64,000 nt of DNA from Chrysomallon squamiferum (Eukaryota > Animalia > Mollusca), in contig CM022670.1 of assembly GCA_012295275.1 (NCBI GenBank), forward strand, positions 23,436,001 through 23,500,000. The letters run 5' to 3'. This document shows, piece after piece, positions 42,453 to 57,699 of this stretch. A program made the translations under genes and the position numbers. How positions within the stretch are numbered: position 1 is the stretch's first letter; each line of letters starts with the position of its first letter. The notes under the pieces are model-generated. The model saw only the letters and a program-made list of their open reading frames with translations, did not search any database and had not been told where the DNA came from.

Positions 42453-45400
42453 TTATTTTATTTTAAATTGATATATCATTAACATAATTAAGCATGCGTA
42501 TAAATAATGTTTTTGTGGTATTTATTGGGTAGGTTTTTTTTTTAAGGTTTCGAGTGTGTTGTATTTATTTATTTATTTATTTTTATTACTGTTATTTTTG
42601 TTGTTGTTGTTGTTGATGATGTTTTTGTTTGTTGTTGGAGTTAGGTTTTTTAGAGGAGAATGGGGGAGGTTATTTTAAAATAATGATGATAAAACATGAA
42701 CGTACTGCTGCAACTTCTGTCGATTATAACAATTATTTATTATTTATATATAATAATATATTGTAATTTAGTTGACTAATTAACTGTTTTAAGTCAATTG
42801 TAAGAATATAAGAACTTTATCTTGATTTCTGATTAGTTTTTTTATGGAGGAATCCTTTGCAGGTTACATCTCACGGTTAGGTTAACATGCATTCTCCACA
42901 TTAGGTAAAACAGATATTTGTAATAATTAATCTTTTAACGCATTTATATTAGAATATGATGGGACTTGGGCATTGACTAAACAAGAACAAACTGGCTATC
43001 ACACAAACAAAAATGGAAAGAAATCTCTTAAGCATCACAATTTAGCACTGAAAAACGAAAGGACAAAATAACGATGACGTAACAAACTGGGAGTAGTCTA
43101 GGCAACACAGGAAGATTTTGAAACAACGTAAGAGAGCTTTCGTCCAACAACAGGTCACCTCACCTGCTTAAAGTAAAAATAACAACAAAAAAACAAAAAA
43201 AAAACATACACAATTATTTGAAATATATATTTAATATCCATGTGACATAAAATATTGATAAAAATAATATGATACTAAGATAACATGTAATAAAAGCTTT
43301 CATCATTTTGATTTATGATGCCATGCATATAAACTAGTTTTCAGTTTGTTGCCTATGAAGGTAACTGGTCGTTTTTCTTTCTTTTGCTATCTAAGAGAAA
43401 CGAATTTCATAACTTTTGGTGCACCAGTAACAGTTTCACTTTTTCAAAATGCTATTTTTCTTTTTTTTTTTTCTCCTTTTTTATTAATTTGATTATTAAC
43501 CAAAATCTCCTGATATAAATACCAAGCAACATTGATAATCATAAGTACCACTTATATTACAAGAGTTAATAATAATAATAATTATTTTTATTATTGTTGT
43601 TGTTGTTGCTGTTGTAATCACTGTAATAGTGGTAATGCAGGTAGCAGATCGTTTGTCTCTCATGACTGGCATTTTCCAGCAATGTGACCAAAGCTTAATA
43701 TATATTTAAATAAACAATGAAAAATAAAGCTGGAAATAATATTTAACAGACACAAATTAACATACTTCAAAACCAGTTTTCTGAGATCCAGAAAAAAATT
43801 ATGATGTACCTGCAGTAGTCCTAGTATCAGTGGTAACAGCAACACTAGCAGTAACAGTAGTAATACTAACAGTAGCAGTAACAGTAGTAATACTAATAGT
43901 AACAGCAGCAGCTGTAGTGATAGTAGAAGAATAAATAGCAACACTAATACTGATAGTAGCAGCAATAGTAATAATAATGATGGTGGTGAAAATATAGTAA
44001 ACCATTAATTTTTCAAATATGAATATATTCTAGAAAACATTAATTGAAATGCCTCACCGAACGTTGTAAAATTGAATCCCTTGATCTCACAAATCAAACA
44101 GTTATCAAAATATATAAATCTAGTTAATATTATTACTGTAAATAAAATCTATCTTTCACACTAAGACACTAATCCAGGACTAATAGGCACTCTTACAACA
44201 GGAATTATGCAACAATATAATACTGTCAATATATAATGGACAAACATATAAAAATGTATTTGTCTACAATAGTAAAATTAGCAAATTCAGTGAATGTTTT
44301 ATCAGCACAACCATTTATAAACCAAATATATAATAAAAACAAATTTATACTCCATTCAAAACAACGATGCTACAGTGTTAGAAAAATGACATAATTGCAC
44401 TGACCAATTAACGATAAATTCAGAAATTTATAAAAGCAGATTCTCTGTTTGTTCATAATTTAATAAAACTATAAATAATAATAATAATAATAATGATATT
44501 AGTAACTGTAATAATATTATTATTACATTTTATAAATAAATCCTAAATAATGTCAGCAATTGTTATATCAAGGGATGAAAATATATTTCTAATTTGCATA
44601 TTCTGTGGGTGCTCTTTTAATTTCGTTATTTTAATTATTATCTGAATCATCAGAATCTTCAACTGGACAGGTCTCAAATATGTACCTGTGATTACTTGGT
44701 CCTAATAATGCATGATAACATAATAAACTCAGGCAGACTGGCATTTTCCATTTTCACCTGATATCAATTTGTACACTGACAGAATAAAATATCACAGTTA
44801 TTTTTATATTTAATGTATAAAATGACACCTTTTAAAAAGAGAAAATACCAACTTTCAAGCACCTCTTTAGCCCAGTTATTTTCATGACATACTTTATTGT
44901 TAGAAAAGTAATAAATAAAACAATCAGTTGAAAGCTTACAAAACCTTTGTTAATTATTTGTTCACATTGTAAAAAATAGCCTACAAGTGGATGGAATTTG
45001 TAGAACAAATTAGATCAAAGGAACCATAATTGTTTGATAAAAATACAAATCACTAATTAATTCTAACAACTCCCTTCTTCTAATTATACTGAATTTTATC
45101 CATGATCAATGAATTTCTGTGTAAAATTACAGTCCATGAACATAAACACAATAATACTACCTGTGTTCCTGTATTTAATGTGAATATATTATGCTGCTTT
45201 CGAAATTAAAAATCAGAAATTCTGAATTAACATTTATCTCCAAATTAACAAAAAAAAAAAAAAAAACAAAGGAATGTTTGATATTCTAAGGGTTGCCAAA
45301 TGTAAAACAAATAAAATGTGTGAATATAAAATGTCACCAACTGAATAATAATGTACAATACATAACTATATACTACATTTATAATTTGTCAACAGCAAGA

Positions 45401-46562
45401 TCATAAAGAAATTATATATCAAAATAAAATTCAAAAATCAAAAAATAAATTTAAAAAAAAACTAGAAGGAAAACACTTTTCTGAATTAGATGTCTGTTGG
45501 TAAAAATGGACCTGTCACAATAAAACAGTGAAACATTCCTCTGCAATCACAAAAACCAAATCACAGCAAGTGTTCCCATGCAACCACATTAACCATCAGA
45601 GAACAGCTTACTAACTAAAACAACTACTACAAAATCACCCACAACCTGTCACAACTAATAATAAAAATAATATATCAATAGGAATGGAAACACACATTGT
45701 TCTTCTAACGTAATCTCAAATCAACAGTTTTAATTCTGTTCTATTTGTCTATGGTTTATTTTATATAATACTTCGTTTGCTTCACATCACTCATGTCAAT
45801 GGATAGGTTTATAATATCATGTTTTTTTACCAAAATATGTCTCAATAAATGCATTGTTTTAATATTATAAAGGTTATGACATACAAAAGACTGAGAACCC
45901 CCAACTGGCAAAGCCTAAATAAGAAATCAGTTTGCATCACATATTGATTGATTGTGATAAGATCCAACAATACTGAATATATAATCTTACATCAAGTTAT
46001 TTATAATGAACAGTTCTACAAGTATTTTATTTTATTTTTTACTTAATTCATAAAAAATCATGTTCTGTGGGTTAGATCACACTAGTTTAAAACCTTCATT
46101 TTTATAGTTCTCATTTTATGGCTTAACTTATTTCCTGATTGAAAGTAATAATAATAATAATCCCATATTCCAGTAATTAACAATTTATTCGGATATACTT
46201 TCAATATTTAATGTTTTCTGACAACAGGTGCAATATGTGATCAGAGTCGAGATAGGAAAAAAGCTTAATATTAAAAATGAATTAGAAAATTACTATAGTA
46301 GCATGAAAATATATTTTTTACAATTCTCAGTAAAATAAAAAATTTAGAAAAGTTATTTTTCATACTACAAGCTCTGATACAAATGAATAATTATCATGCT
46401 GAATTCTGAAAACATTCTAATTTGTTTTGTTTTTTTAAATCAAAAAATGTATCAACTGTGTAGTTAAGTTATTAAATCATTTATTATTTCTTTAAACAGA
46501 GTGTGGCTAGCTTTTCAAACATACCAAAACATGTATTAGTAATATCTAACTATAACAACTAT

Positions 46563-49500
46563 TCACTTCTTTTCTTCTTCTTTTCCTTTCTCTGCATTCT
46601 CAGAATTAAAGAAAAGCAATGGAAACATTCCTAATAAGCAACCCAGGGCTACTCCAACTGCCCGACCCTGAAAATATAAAATATTCCTGTATTATGAATC
46701 AAATGTATGTAAAAGTAAAACAATAAATAAATAAAATCAAAAAATTACATCTGAATAATAACAACATAATAAAAGTAATAAACAATAAAAAAAATAAAAT
46801 ATATGTTCATATATTTAAAAGTGTATCTGAATAACTAGTTCTGTGATAATATCAAAACCATAATGAAAAACTGATATTATAATAAAACTGACAGATTTTT
46901 GTTTATCCGATTTGCTGATTCTGTAACATAAACGAGATAATTAAAGCAATGGTTTTACTAACTAAACCAATAAATTTGATTCTGTAACAAACAGACTTAC
47001 AAGATTGGAATATCTCTGGGTTCTCTTCATGGTAAATTGTTGTGGGGTCAGAGAAGGTGCTTTGAAGCCGGCTCTTGCTGCTATGTTTTCAACATATGAT
47101 GCAGATCTGAATTAAAAACAAATTTATGTATGAAATAATAGCATTTAAAAAAACAGAGAACGCTAACTTCCGTAGTCAATAATAAATAATTATAAATGTC
47201 TTAACAACCATACTTTTCATTAGTCATTTTCCATTTATAATCAATATTAAAAGTCTTAGAACTGTTATTGTTTATGTTTGCTTTGATTAACAATGACTTC
47301 AAGGTAAAATTTTAAGCCAATGCCCAGGCAGTAAAAAATGTTTACAAATCCAAAGGAATTAATCTGTAGTTATAATTATCAACAAGAAATAAGATGTGGA
47401 CACAATTAATAATTTTCAGGCTCATTTAAAGATAAATGTGTTATAATATTTATCACTTATTATTTCAACAAAAATATATATTTGTTATTACCCTATTCCT
47501 GCAACATCAGAAATAAGATTACCCAAACCAGCAGCTGAAAGTAACCAAAATTTAATATTAGAATTTAATGAGACATTTACAGACTGGTATGAAATTCTGG
47601 CAAAATTGTTTTAAATTATTATTAATGTAATTCAGTTTGATCATTGATGAAATGGAAATGTAAATGGTTATTCTAACAAACAGTATGACACATAATACAT
47701 TCTTTTTTCGTTTTTTTTTTTAATAATATGGAATAACTGTAATAATATAACTAGCTACATAGAAACCACAAATGTCTAAATGAAAAAAAAATAACAATTT
47801 TCTGTCTGAACCAAAAAATACATGAAATAATCACTCTACCTGCCATGGTAGTAATTCCTAAGGCTACTCCCAAGTATGCATCTATGTACTCTCCCTGAAA
47901 ATACAAATAATATGTATCTAATTTTCATTTGTTACATTTTATACCTATTTTATACAAATTTTTTTTTATTTTTTATTTAAGAATTAATTATTTTCAAATT
48001 TTATATCTATTAACTTTTCTTTGCTATGTTTTGGCCCATTAAGCTGATTATGGTTAATATGTTGTTATAATAGTAAAAAAAAAAAATTTTTTAAATTAAA
48101 TGTACTTTATAACTAAATTATAGTGAACATATCTAGATAATAATATAATTTCATAAAGCTTCTTTAAAACTCATTTTAACAGTTTCAAAACTGTCAGTTT
48201 AACTGGTCAAATTTACACACAAATAATTAACACTCACTGCCACTATCATGAGTAAGTTGTCAAGAAATCCAAATCCAATAAAAGGTATTGCACTGTGAAT
48301 GGCAACTGAAATTCAAAAAAAATCAGCTCAGTTTTTTATCGTATCATCAAGAAAATATGATTTTATGATTCACCAGCATTTAAATTTTAAATAGATTTTT
48401 CATTAATTATTAAATAAATAATAAATAAAATTATTATAATCATAATTATATCTGCATAGTACATTTATACTATCTAGTTCAATTTCCTTCACTGGAAATA
48501 TAAAAGATGTGGTATGTATACACAAAGATTAAAAAAAAAAAGGTGAGAAACACATAACTGAACTTTTAAAAGAAACAAAACAAAATTTTAAAATTAAATA
48601 CTTTCTGTCTTACCCATTTTCAGCTGTGCTGTTGAAGGAGGTACTGGAGCAACAGGTCCTGAAAATAAATTTTAAAAACATGTCTATTGTTAATTAATTC
48701 AGCAGTGCTATACCTTGATATACATTGCATAATTAAATGTATAAATATTAGATAATATCAAAATAATAAAATTTACAGAATAGTAAATAAACAAAAAAGA
48801 AAAAGAAAACATAAAGAATATTAAAATTAAATACAGAACTGTTTCATCTTTATGATTTATGTAACATGGTACATCTATACATGTTTTTGTTTTTTTTCTA
48901 TTATTATTATTATTATAAATTATTATTGAAAATACTCTTTAAAGTTAAAATGAAATTGTGTATTTTATTATTATTATTATTATTATTATTAAATAATGAT
49001 TTATTGTAATAAAGATTTAGAACATTTAAATTATGAAAGGAGGTACAAATATTTTGATATAAAAAATATTAAAATGATATGAAAAAAGGGCTGTGTAGGA
49101 AAACCTCACTAGGTTGGTAATCTAAAAAAGCATAAGACTGATAATAATAAAAAGAGATATAGAGAGAGATTCACAGTCGTACACACTACGTGTAAGACTC
49201 TAAGAATAGGATGAAGTTTTGGTTGAAGGTGATGGATGAGATGGTCAGTCAGAAATGATTGCCAAAAACGTGAAGAGATATCTTAATTATAAGTACCTTC
49301 TAACAGAAGTCGTTCTTGTTCTAATACTAATACTTCATTGATCAGAAGCTTTCTCTCGTGAGGTGTTAGAGTGCAAATAAATTCTCTTGCCGACATTTTA
49401 TCATAAATTAAATTATGAACACTTCTAAAACTGGCATCATCATTTAACAGCAGTGAATGTGCAACGCCATTCTGATTACTACTAGTGACAGAGGGTAGAA

Positions 49501-49567
49501 CTAATTTTGTTACTGATTTGTGATTCATTAATAATGACCAGCATCGCGTACAAACAATCCGAAACAT
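46563..49567 (-). CDS. TMEM65: Transmembrane protein 65 (about 230 aa, 7 exons)
   Basis: Exons 49297-49567, 48614-48658, 48238-48305, 47840-47894, 47492-47534, 47001-47106, 46563-46667 (693 nt). Protein contains HSAIPFIGFGFLDNLLMIVAGEYID, LGITTMAAAGLGNLISDVAGIG and GRAVGVALGCLLGMFPLLFF. The N-terminus (MFRIVCTRCWSLL) looks like a mitochondrial presequence. Confidence 0.96.
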
Positions 49568-49951
49568 TGTATAGACTATACTATATCAGAATGTCATTTG
49601 TGAAAACAAATTTAATAATAGCAATTCAAGGGAACTTACTCAGTTTCAAAGGGTTTTAATGTCAGAATTTATCATTTTGTTTTATTTATAATATTTATTA
49701 TCTGTTATTTTTATGTATTTATTTACTTCTTATTTTTCCCAGTTTTTATTGCAAAATGAGATTTATTTTTTCTAGCGAATTTCATGTGCTTATAATACTT
49801 TAGAATGTATTTTACCTTTTATTATATCTTTACGAATATATATAATAGGTTCTCCCTTTTGAAACCGGCATGTGACTTTCTGTTGTGAAAAACACCTGTT
49901 AGGCTGTTGTCTGAAGCAGTGACAGTAACAAATAATAAACGGATTATCTTA
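49568..49951. promoter_or_regulatory. Probable bidirectional promoter between TMEM65 and PPT1, containing an E-box (CATGTGAC at 49869-49876)
   Basis: Only 384 bp separate the divergent ATGs. GCATGTGAC (reverse complement GTCACATGC) resembles the MITF/TFEB M-box/CLEAR motif. Confidence 0.6.
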
Positions 49952-50190
49952 ATGAACATGATTACTGTTTACGTTTTCGTCTCAATACTGTGCATGTTCC
50001 ATAGTAACTATGCACAAACACCAGTTGTTATATGGCATGGAATGGGTAAATCTTTATAATATTTTTTGTTTATTTTGGCTTACGATTACGAGCCTTTCTA
50101 AAATATTTATTTATTATAATAGTGTTTAAAGAGTTGTTCTCTTCGTCCGACATCACGCAGAAGACAAATGTACATTTTAAAATTACCAAG

Positions 50191-50262
<72 letters not shown>

Positions 50263-53200
50263 TATAAATTATAATAAAACATAAAATAAATTATAATGAA
50301 ATAAAATAATAATAATTATAAAAAGTTGGGGGAGGCAAAAGTGAATTCATCTAAAGTTTGAACATTTTTCCTGTTCCTTAATTATTATTTGAAGAAATTT
50401 AAATTATGAATAATCTGAAATTCAGTAACTGAATTTATTTTTTATGTGTTTTGATGTCATTATGATCTTTTAGAAACAGAAATACTTTCACAGTAGTTAA
50501 AAACATGAATAAAAGGTCATAGTCATACCTCCTGCTTACTGTGTTAATTACTTATATCCCTGTGAAACTGTATTTCTATAAATTTCTATAATTTTCCCAC
50601 AGCTGATAAATGTTTGAATAAGAAAACTGGATTAACTTTGTTCATTAATAGTTTTATTATTGATAAACTGTCCAAATTTATGTTTATGATCCATTTTCAT
50701 TCAATCCCATTATTTACTGCTGGGGTTTCCACTGATAATTTTTAGGTGACAGCTGTTGTAATCCTCTTAGCATGGGATCTATTAAGAAGCTTATTGAAGA
50801 AAAAGTTCCTGGTGTTTATGTGAGATCACTGGAAATTGGAAACAATATAGCAGAGGTGAACATAATGCTTGTACTTATAAAATATTAAATATAAAAACAA
50901 CAACAACAACAACATATAACAATAATAATAATAAAGTAAAAAGCTTCATATAATTATATATATATATTTCATATATAACTGTAGGGAACTTGTCAAAACC
51001 AAATAGTTCTGGGATCAAGTAAAAAGTTTGTTTTGAAGTGTTGATTGGTTTACTAAGGTTTTACATTGCAGTATACTTAAATAATGGAGTACTGGAAATT
51101 ATTCAACTTTGGGTTTTGAGAAGTTTCATTACACACTTAAAATTAACACAATAATAAGCTGTTCAAGAAGTTTGGCGGCTGGTACATTTTTATTTTGACT
51201 CAAATGATATTTAGAAACAAAATCAAGAAAAACCTATGATAGAACAGATCATTCTAATGGTATTAAATTCTTCATTTTACACATTATTTCATGTTAAAAA
51301 GGTTAATGTCAATCATCAGTGAGTTTGTTATTTAATTTTTAACAGAAAAGTTTAGGTTAAAGTCATAAAAGTTGGACTGTTTATTCACTGTATATTTACA
51401 TTTGCAAATAATACATAAATCTCATCAGAATTTTATTTTGTCATTAAACTTAGGACATGGAAAATGGATTTTTCTTGAATGTCAACACCCAGCTTGACAT
51501 GGTTTGTGGTAAACTGAAGAATGACACAAAACTCAATAAAGGATATAATGCCATTGGCTTCTCTCAAGGTGGCCAATTTCTGTAAGATTCTTATTTTCAA
51601 ACTTTCATTAATATAGCCTACTAAGGAAATGCATGAAGTGTAATTTATATATTGCTTGATAATTAAATTAATGTTTAAATAAAGCTTGTACTTTTTTGTA
51701 GTTTTTTGTTGTTGTTTTTTTTTTTATTAAAATATTATTTGTTTATTGATCTTAGTGAAATGACTGATTTTATCACTCACATTTACATTAAAATGAATCT
51801 AAAAGGTTTTCCATGGATTTTTAATTTTGTCTGGCAGTGAAATGGTCATTAGCTTTTCATCTTTATTTGTACTTCTTTTCAATGTACAGACGAGCTATAG
51901 CCCAGAAGTGTCCATATCCACCAATGATCAATTTGATATCAGTTGGAGGCCAGCATCAAGGTAATAAAAGCAAACATTAGTCTTTACAATTTAAATGAAT
52001 GTTTTGAAAAATCACAACAGCATGACAATTTTATTTTGTTGGAATTTCTGTTTTCTCAGCTAGTTTTAGATTAAATATTTTCATTATTTAATAAAGCCTT
52101 GATTTTCATTTTTCTTTCTTTAAATAACTGTTTTATTTTCTTTTATTATTTTAATATTAAAATAATATTCAATTCAATTTTTAAAAAAACCCAGAATATT
52201 TTCAAAATACAGTTATCCATATTTTTCTTGACATCATTAACATCATTAATATACTTTGTAATTTTTATTGAAATATTTAAAATAGAAAAAAAAATCCAGA
52301 GATAACAAAAAACAAAACATTTTCAGGTGTTTATGGATTTCCACGGTGCCCTGCTTCATCCACTATTTGTAATCTGATACGTGAAATGCTCAATCAGGGA
52401 GCATACACCAGGTACTGTCTTTTGTGAATAGGTTAAAAATAAACAGTACAGACATGTCAATCACCAGTTAACTTAACCTCTGTGGACAGTCTTCAAGTTT
52501 TAGTCAAATTAATTAAGAAATTAAATAAAATTACTTATAAGCTTTTTTAGGTTTTTTCTTTATGTGTGTTATCCATATTTGGTCTTTTTCTGTACAATGC
52601 CATTCTTCTTTTTCAGTTTTGTTCAGAACAAGTAAGTAGTCATTTTTTATTTTACTAATGATATAAGTATATATTTTTATTTTACAAACCTTTACTCTGC
52701 AGAATCGAAATTACTGTTTCAGTCTGCATATAAAATTTCTGCACTGAAAGTTTGTGATTGTTTCAAAATATTTATTAACTTATCCAAAGTATTTTAAGTT
52801 ATTAGTGTTACTGCTGCTGAGTTAATTTTACTGGATATTTAAGTATCCAAACGATTATACATTCTGTCATTTGCTTAACATTCTCTTGGAAGAATCCATA
52901 TTTTTTCCTCCTTCTGTTTTTTTCACAGACACACAAACACAGTATATCTGGTTTATATGTTGGTTTAAATTACATTTTTGTAATCTAAAATTTGTTTTAT
53001 TTCAGTTTAGTGCAGGCTGAATACTGGCATGATCCTTTGAATGAAGCAGAATACAGAGCAAAGAGCATCTTCCTTGCTGATATTAACCAAGAGAAACCTG
53101 TAAGATAATCTACATAAACGATTTTTTTTTATTTTAAAATTTATATATATATTTTTTTCTTTTTTTTTTTCTTTCTTCATCTTGCCAAAAATGTAGTGAA

Positions 53201-55192
53201 TTTAATAAACAGTTTTAAAGATTTTTTACCAATTCATTGTGACATCAAAAAAATTGAAAATTAGAAAGTAATTTCTGTATATTGAAATATAATCATTTTA
53301 TTAGAATTTATAAACTGTTTTGACATTACTGTTTATTTACTTTATTGCCAAAGAGAAATTTGATAACATCTGATTGAAAAATAGCACATGTGGCAAACAC
53401 TGAAATTTAGTCTATGACATTCATCTTTCAGATAACTTTACCTTAAAATCAGCTCATAAATACCAGTCAATTTTAATAGAAAGTGATCAAGAGGTGCCCT
53501 GAATACATGCCATACTCCCATACCTTATATATGTTGATACCTTATGCCACTGTTAATACTTGAAAAAATCTGTAAAGTTATAAAGTAGATTATAAATTTT
53601 GATGAAATGAAGTTATTTTCATTTACTATTATCAGTATGATTTGTGGCTTAAAATAACATTGATTGATAAATGGTATTTTGTGACAGACTAAAAACAGCA
53701 CTTACAAAACAAACCTGTTGAAGCTGAAGAACATGGTGTTGGTGAAATTTTCTCAAGACACAATGGTTGTCCCTAAAGAAAGTGAGGTTAGTGTGCCTAT
53801 ATGTCATTTTGGTTTTTTAATTTAGCAATTTTTTCAAAGACAGTTATAATTTTTTAAATTATAATTATCTTTTTAGGTTTCTTTTTTTCATTATAGACAC
53901 TTGATTTATTATTGTAATTTATTTATTTATTTACTTTTTTCATAGTAACACAGTAGCAAAAATGTTCATTTTTAGAAATGTATGTTACAAAATAACAAGT
54001 TATTTTATCGTAGCAAAAACAGATGAAAAATTAAAAACGATCCTAATTTTGATGTTATTGTTGTTGCTTTTATTTATGAAGAGTTTTATTAATTTAATTT
54101 ATGTTCTTTGAAAATAATCAAAAGATTATACCAGTGTCAATATTTTATTGATAATAAACAATTTTAAATGGATATTATTTTTCATTTCATTTATTTTATA
54201 AACCTCCTTTTCAATTACTTATTTATATTTTATCTTTATTTTAAATTCTTATTTATTCAATTTTTTAATTTTATTTTGATTTATTCTTATTTATTTATTG
54301 ATTTCAGTGGTTTGGTTTCTACAATCCTGGACAAAGTCAGACTCTGTATAACATGACCCAAAGTGAACTCTATAAGAAGGTGAAGTGATAATACTATTTT
54401 CATTAACAAAGCAGAAGAAAAAAAAAAAGCTTTTAATCAGAAAACATCTACATAAATAATATTTATCACTATGTTAGGAATAGACTGCAATTCAGCAGGT
54501 AGTTATATAGTGAGATCAAAATTTCAGGATCAATATTTAATAGGTAATAAATAGGAACAGTCCTTGAAATAATGGCAAGATGTTTTCTACTTCAGATTTT
54601 GTTACATATATATAGAGAAATTGTTTTCCACATTATTATATAAGAACAATGGTTAATACAAGACATGTTGAAATGTCATTAAACATACATTTATAATTAT
54701 TTGTTTAAATATATCAATTTCATTAGATAATAAATGTCATTTTATACTGATTTTTAAATTTTCCAAAATGTTGTTTGTGCAGTATTTTCAAATATTGTTA
54801 GTTTTCAACTTCTGATGTGGCATTAATGAGGTTGAAGACTTTAGCATGTATTGTGGTAGCTTGAAATTGTGTTATTTTTTTAGTTTATTATTTTATTATT
54901 TGTTTTTAATTAATAAATATTTGTTTATAATTATTTTAAAGAAACAAAATATAAGAAGAAGATCTCAGGGTTATTGTAGATATGTCAGTAACTTTTATGA
55001 AATCAGTAATCAAGGAATGTTTTTTTATTAATTTTGTTTCAGAATTATCTGGGACTTCAAGAACTCTACACAAGTGGACGTATCAAATTTCTTATCAGTA
55101 ATTCCAATCATCTGCAGTTTACCACAGAATGGTTCATAGAAAACATCATCACACCATATTTAGCTCCCACCTACTTTGTTACAAACAGTTAA
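49952..55192 (+). CDS. PPT1: Palmitoyl-protein thioesterase 1 (about 305 aa, 10 exons)
   Basis: Exons 49952-50045, 50746-50855, 51454-51581, 51890-51960, 52327-52411, 52617-52631, 53006-53099, 53688-53786, 54308-54379, 55043-55192 (918 nt). Signal peptide, then [30 protein letters not shown] (catalytic Ser), [40 protein letters not shown] (Asp) and NHLQF (His). Confidence 0.97.
52617..52631 (+). CDS. PPT1: 15-nt microexon of PPT1
   Basis: cttctttttcag|TTTTGTTCAGAACAA|gtaagt. Supplies (S)FVQN(N) between GAYT and LVQAEYW, the segment aligning to VVQER in vertebrate PPT1. Confidence 0.88.
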
Positions 55193-56439
55193 AAAAACAG
55201 GATTTGTATATTACAGACTCAGAACACATTATATTCTCACACCAAGTCAAATGAGATTTTATTTATCTTTTTAATGTAAAAATTATTACAAGGTGATACT
55301 GGATCTACTTAACTGCAAATATTACACATTTGCGTTCCACTAATTTTAATTATGATATTGTGTAAATGAAATCTTTTTGTGTATCATATTGTTTTTTGGT
55401 TTTTTTTTGTTCCACCTAAATATACTAACATGTGATAATTACTAATTGTGATACTTTAACCAAAATAAATGCAAGTCCCTCATAAACATTTTTCTGATTT
55501 TAAATTCAAAATAATGAAATTAAGTTTATCTGTAATTTCAAATGGCAAAAAAACTTTGTTTAAAAAATCTGCATCAGTACTAATTATGTACTTTACAATT
55601 ATTTACTATGTCTTTTTTTATTTTTGCTATGTAACTTACAAATTTTAGAGATTACATGAACTTAGTGCATTATTTAAAAAATTTCAGATACTTTTCAGTT
55701 TTTGTTAGCTTTGAGCATTTATATAGTGTTTATATTTTTTAATAGATTATTTATTTTTTTGTAAACCACGATGTTTATATAAAAATGTAACATAGTTACA
55801 TGTAGTATCACAATATTTTTCTGGTTTGTTAATAATGATTTCTTAATCAGTCTCAACTAACATACTAACACCATTTATTTATTTTAAAATATTACTGTAC
55901 TGAAATCATTAGATAATTTATTACATGTACTGTAAATAAAATAAAATAGAAAACCAACTGACTGTATTAAGAGTTAAATCAAACAATATTGAAATATTCT
56001 TTCTAGAAATGATTATATAATTTACCAAAAACATTATTCAATTGTGGCAACTTCAGTGGTCTGAAATAAATATTGTTTTCATACAGTCTTTACCTCTTGA
56101 ATGTTATTGTTTTACACTGTTTTGTTTACTGAAATTTAATACTGCAAATTTTTTTTTCTACAATATTTATATATATCAGTTAAAAATGTTTATCATTATC
56201 ATTGTTGTATTTCTTTTTAACTTTCAGTTTAATAGCACATATTACAGCTTTTTTCTATTTGGTAATTTTTATTAGAAATTATAAAATAAAGTAATAATCT
56301 TATAATTACTGTGACAATTATCATAAGTTATTGCCTGTCATAAAAATTGGACATCAATAAATTATATTATTTGCTCTTTTTGATCTGGAAATGGAAGAAT
56401 CTTAAAGTAGCATTTTCACTGACACTTCATTTTCTGTCA

Positions 56440-56990
56440 CAACTGATAACATAATCCAGTGTTTAAAATCTTGTGTTGACTGCTCTTTACAAGATGACGG
56501 TTTCCAAATTTGTTACAGATCTGCTAGATCTGAATGTCAGTTACAGACTTGTCTGAGTAAACTTCAGCAATGGGTAACTGATAATGATATTAGATTATCA
56601 GTGACAAAATAGTCTGTATGCATTTTTGCTAAAAAAGAGGTTTCCATCCAGATCCACAACTGTTTTTGGATAAAAATTAATTTCCTGTCATGGAAAAATA
56701 CAAATGTCTCACCGTTATTTTTGACAAAAAACTGTAATTTATCCCTCATTTAAAGTGTGTTGAAAAGAAGGGATTAAAGGCCTGGAATGCTTTAAAAGTT
56801 GTAGGACATACGGTTTTACTCTGCTTATATAGATTTAATGTGAGATCAAACTTAGATTATGGATAGATTGTGTATAGATTCCATGCAAGTGCTACCTACA
56901 GATGCTCTCTTCCATACACAAATCAGGATATTAGAACATCACTTGTTGAGAGCTAGAAAGTTAGATGTCTTCTCAGTAAGCATCAAAATT
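56440..56990 (+). mobile_element. Decayed non-LTR retrotransposon (I/Nimb-like LINE) reverse-transcriptase fragment
   Basis: Frameshifted remnants: VDCSLQDD (degenerate YxDD), LQTCLSKLQQWVTDNDIRLS, VCMHFC, FDKKL.FIPHLKCVEKKGLKAWNALKVVGHT, YRFNVRSNLDYG*IVY. Multiple stops and frameshifts. Confidence 0.8.
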
Positions 56991-57664
56991 GTGTTTGAGA
57001 GATTGGAGTGCTGTAGACAGTCAAGGAAGCATGAAGTTGTATTATCGCTTAATTAATATATATTTTTACTTTAAAAAAGAAAATCCACCACACTGTAAAC
57101 TATCAATGTTTGTTGTAAGTGCATCACATTTTGGTGGTTTGTTTGGACCTAAAATCATTCAGTCAGTGTATTTTGTAATCATTTAGATTTCATCAACATC
57201 TTATTTAAAAAAATTTAAAACCTACTTTCTTTTATAAGAAATTTCTAAAGCATCCACAATATTATTTGTCCATTGTAAGAAATTTTAGAATATCTGTGAT
57301 AATATTATTGTTGTTTGTTATGTTGTTGTTGCAGAAATCTGCATATATGCACATATATAAATATGTGTGTGTGTATGTGTGTGTTTTTAATAATATTATA
57401 TGTCACCTAATTACACTGACTAATTTTTAAATAATTGTTTTCTTTATCTTTAAATGACACCCAATAGCTGCAGTGTTGTCAAACAAACATATTTTTAATC
57501 TGAGCAGCATCACATGCCAAGATTCAGCTATTCTCAGTAGGATGGCAAGGATGGTATAACCTAAACAACATGTTATCCAAACTGTTTTAATTGTTTATAA
57601 TTTTAAATGATAAAACAATATTTATCTTCTGGTGAAAACATAATTAGTACTTATTTTTTAATTT

Positions 57665-57699
<35 letters not shown>

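Noticed and set aside
43660-44005. Leu-rich signal/TM-like ORFs
   Set aside because: Degenerate (AGT/AGC/AAT)n trinucleotide repeat; the same applies to 25532-25732.
50975-51075. Possible Tc1/pogo MITE remnant in PPT1 intron 2
   Set aside because: Too short and degenerate to define TIRs with confidence.
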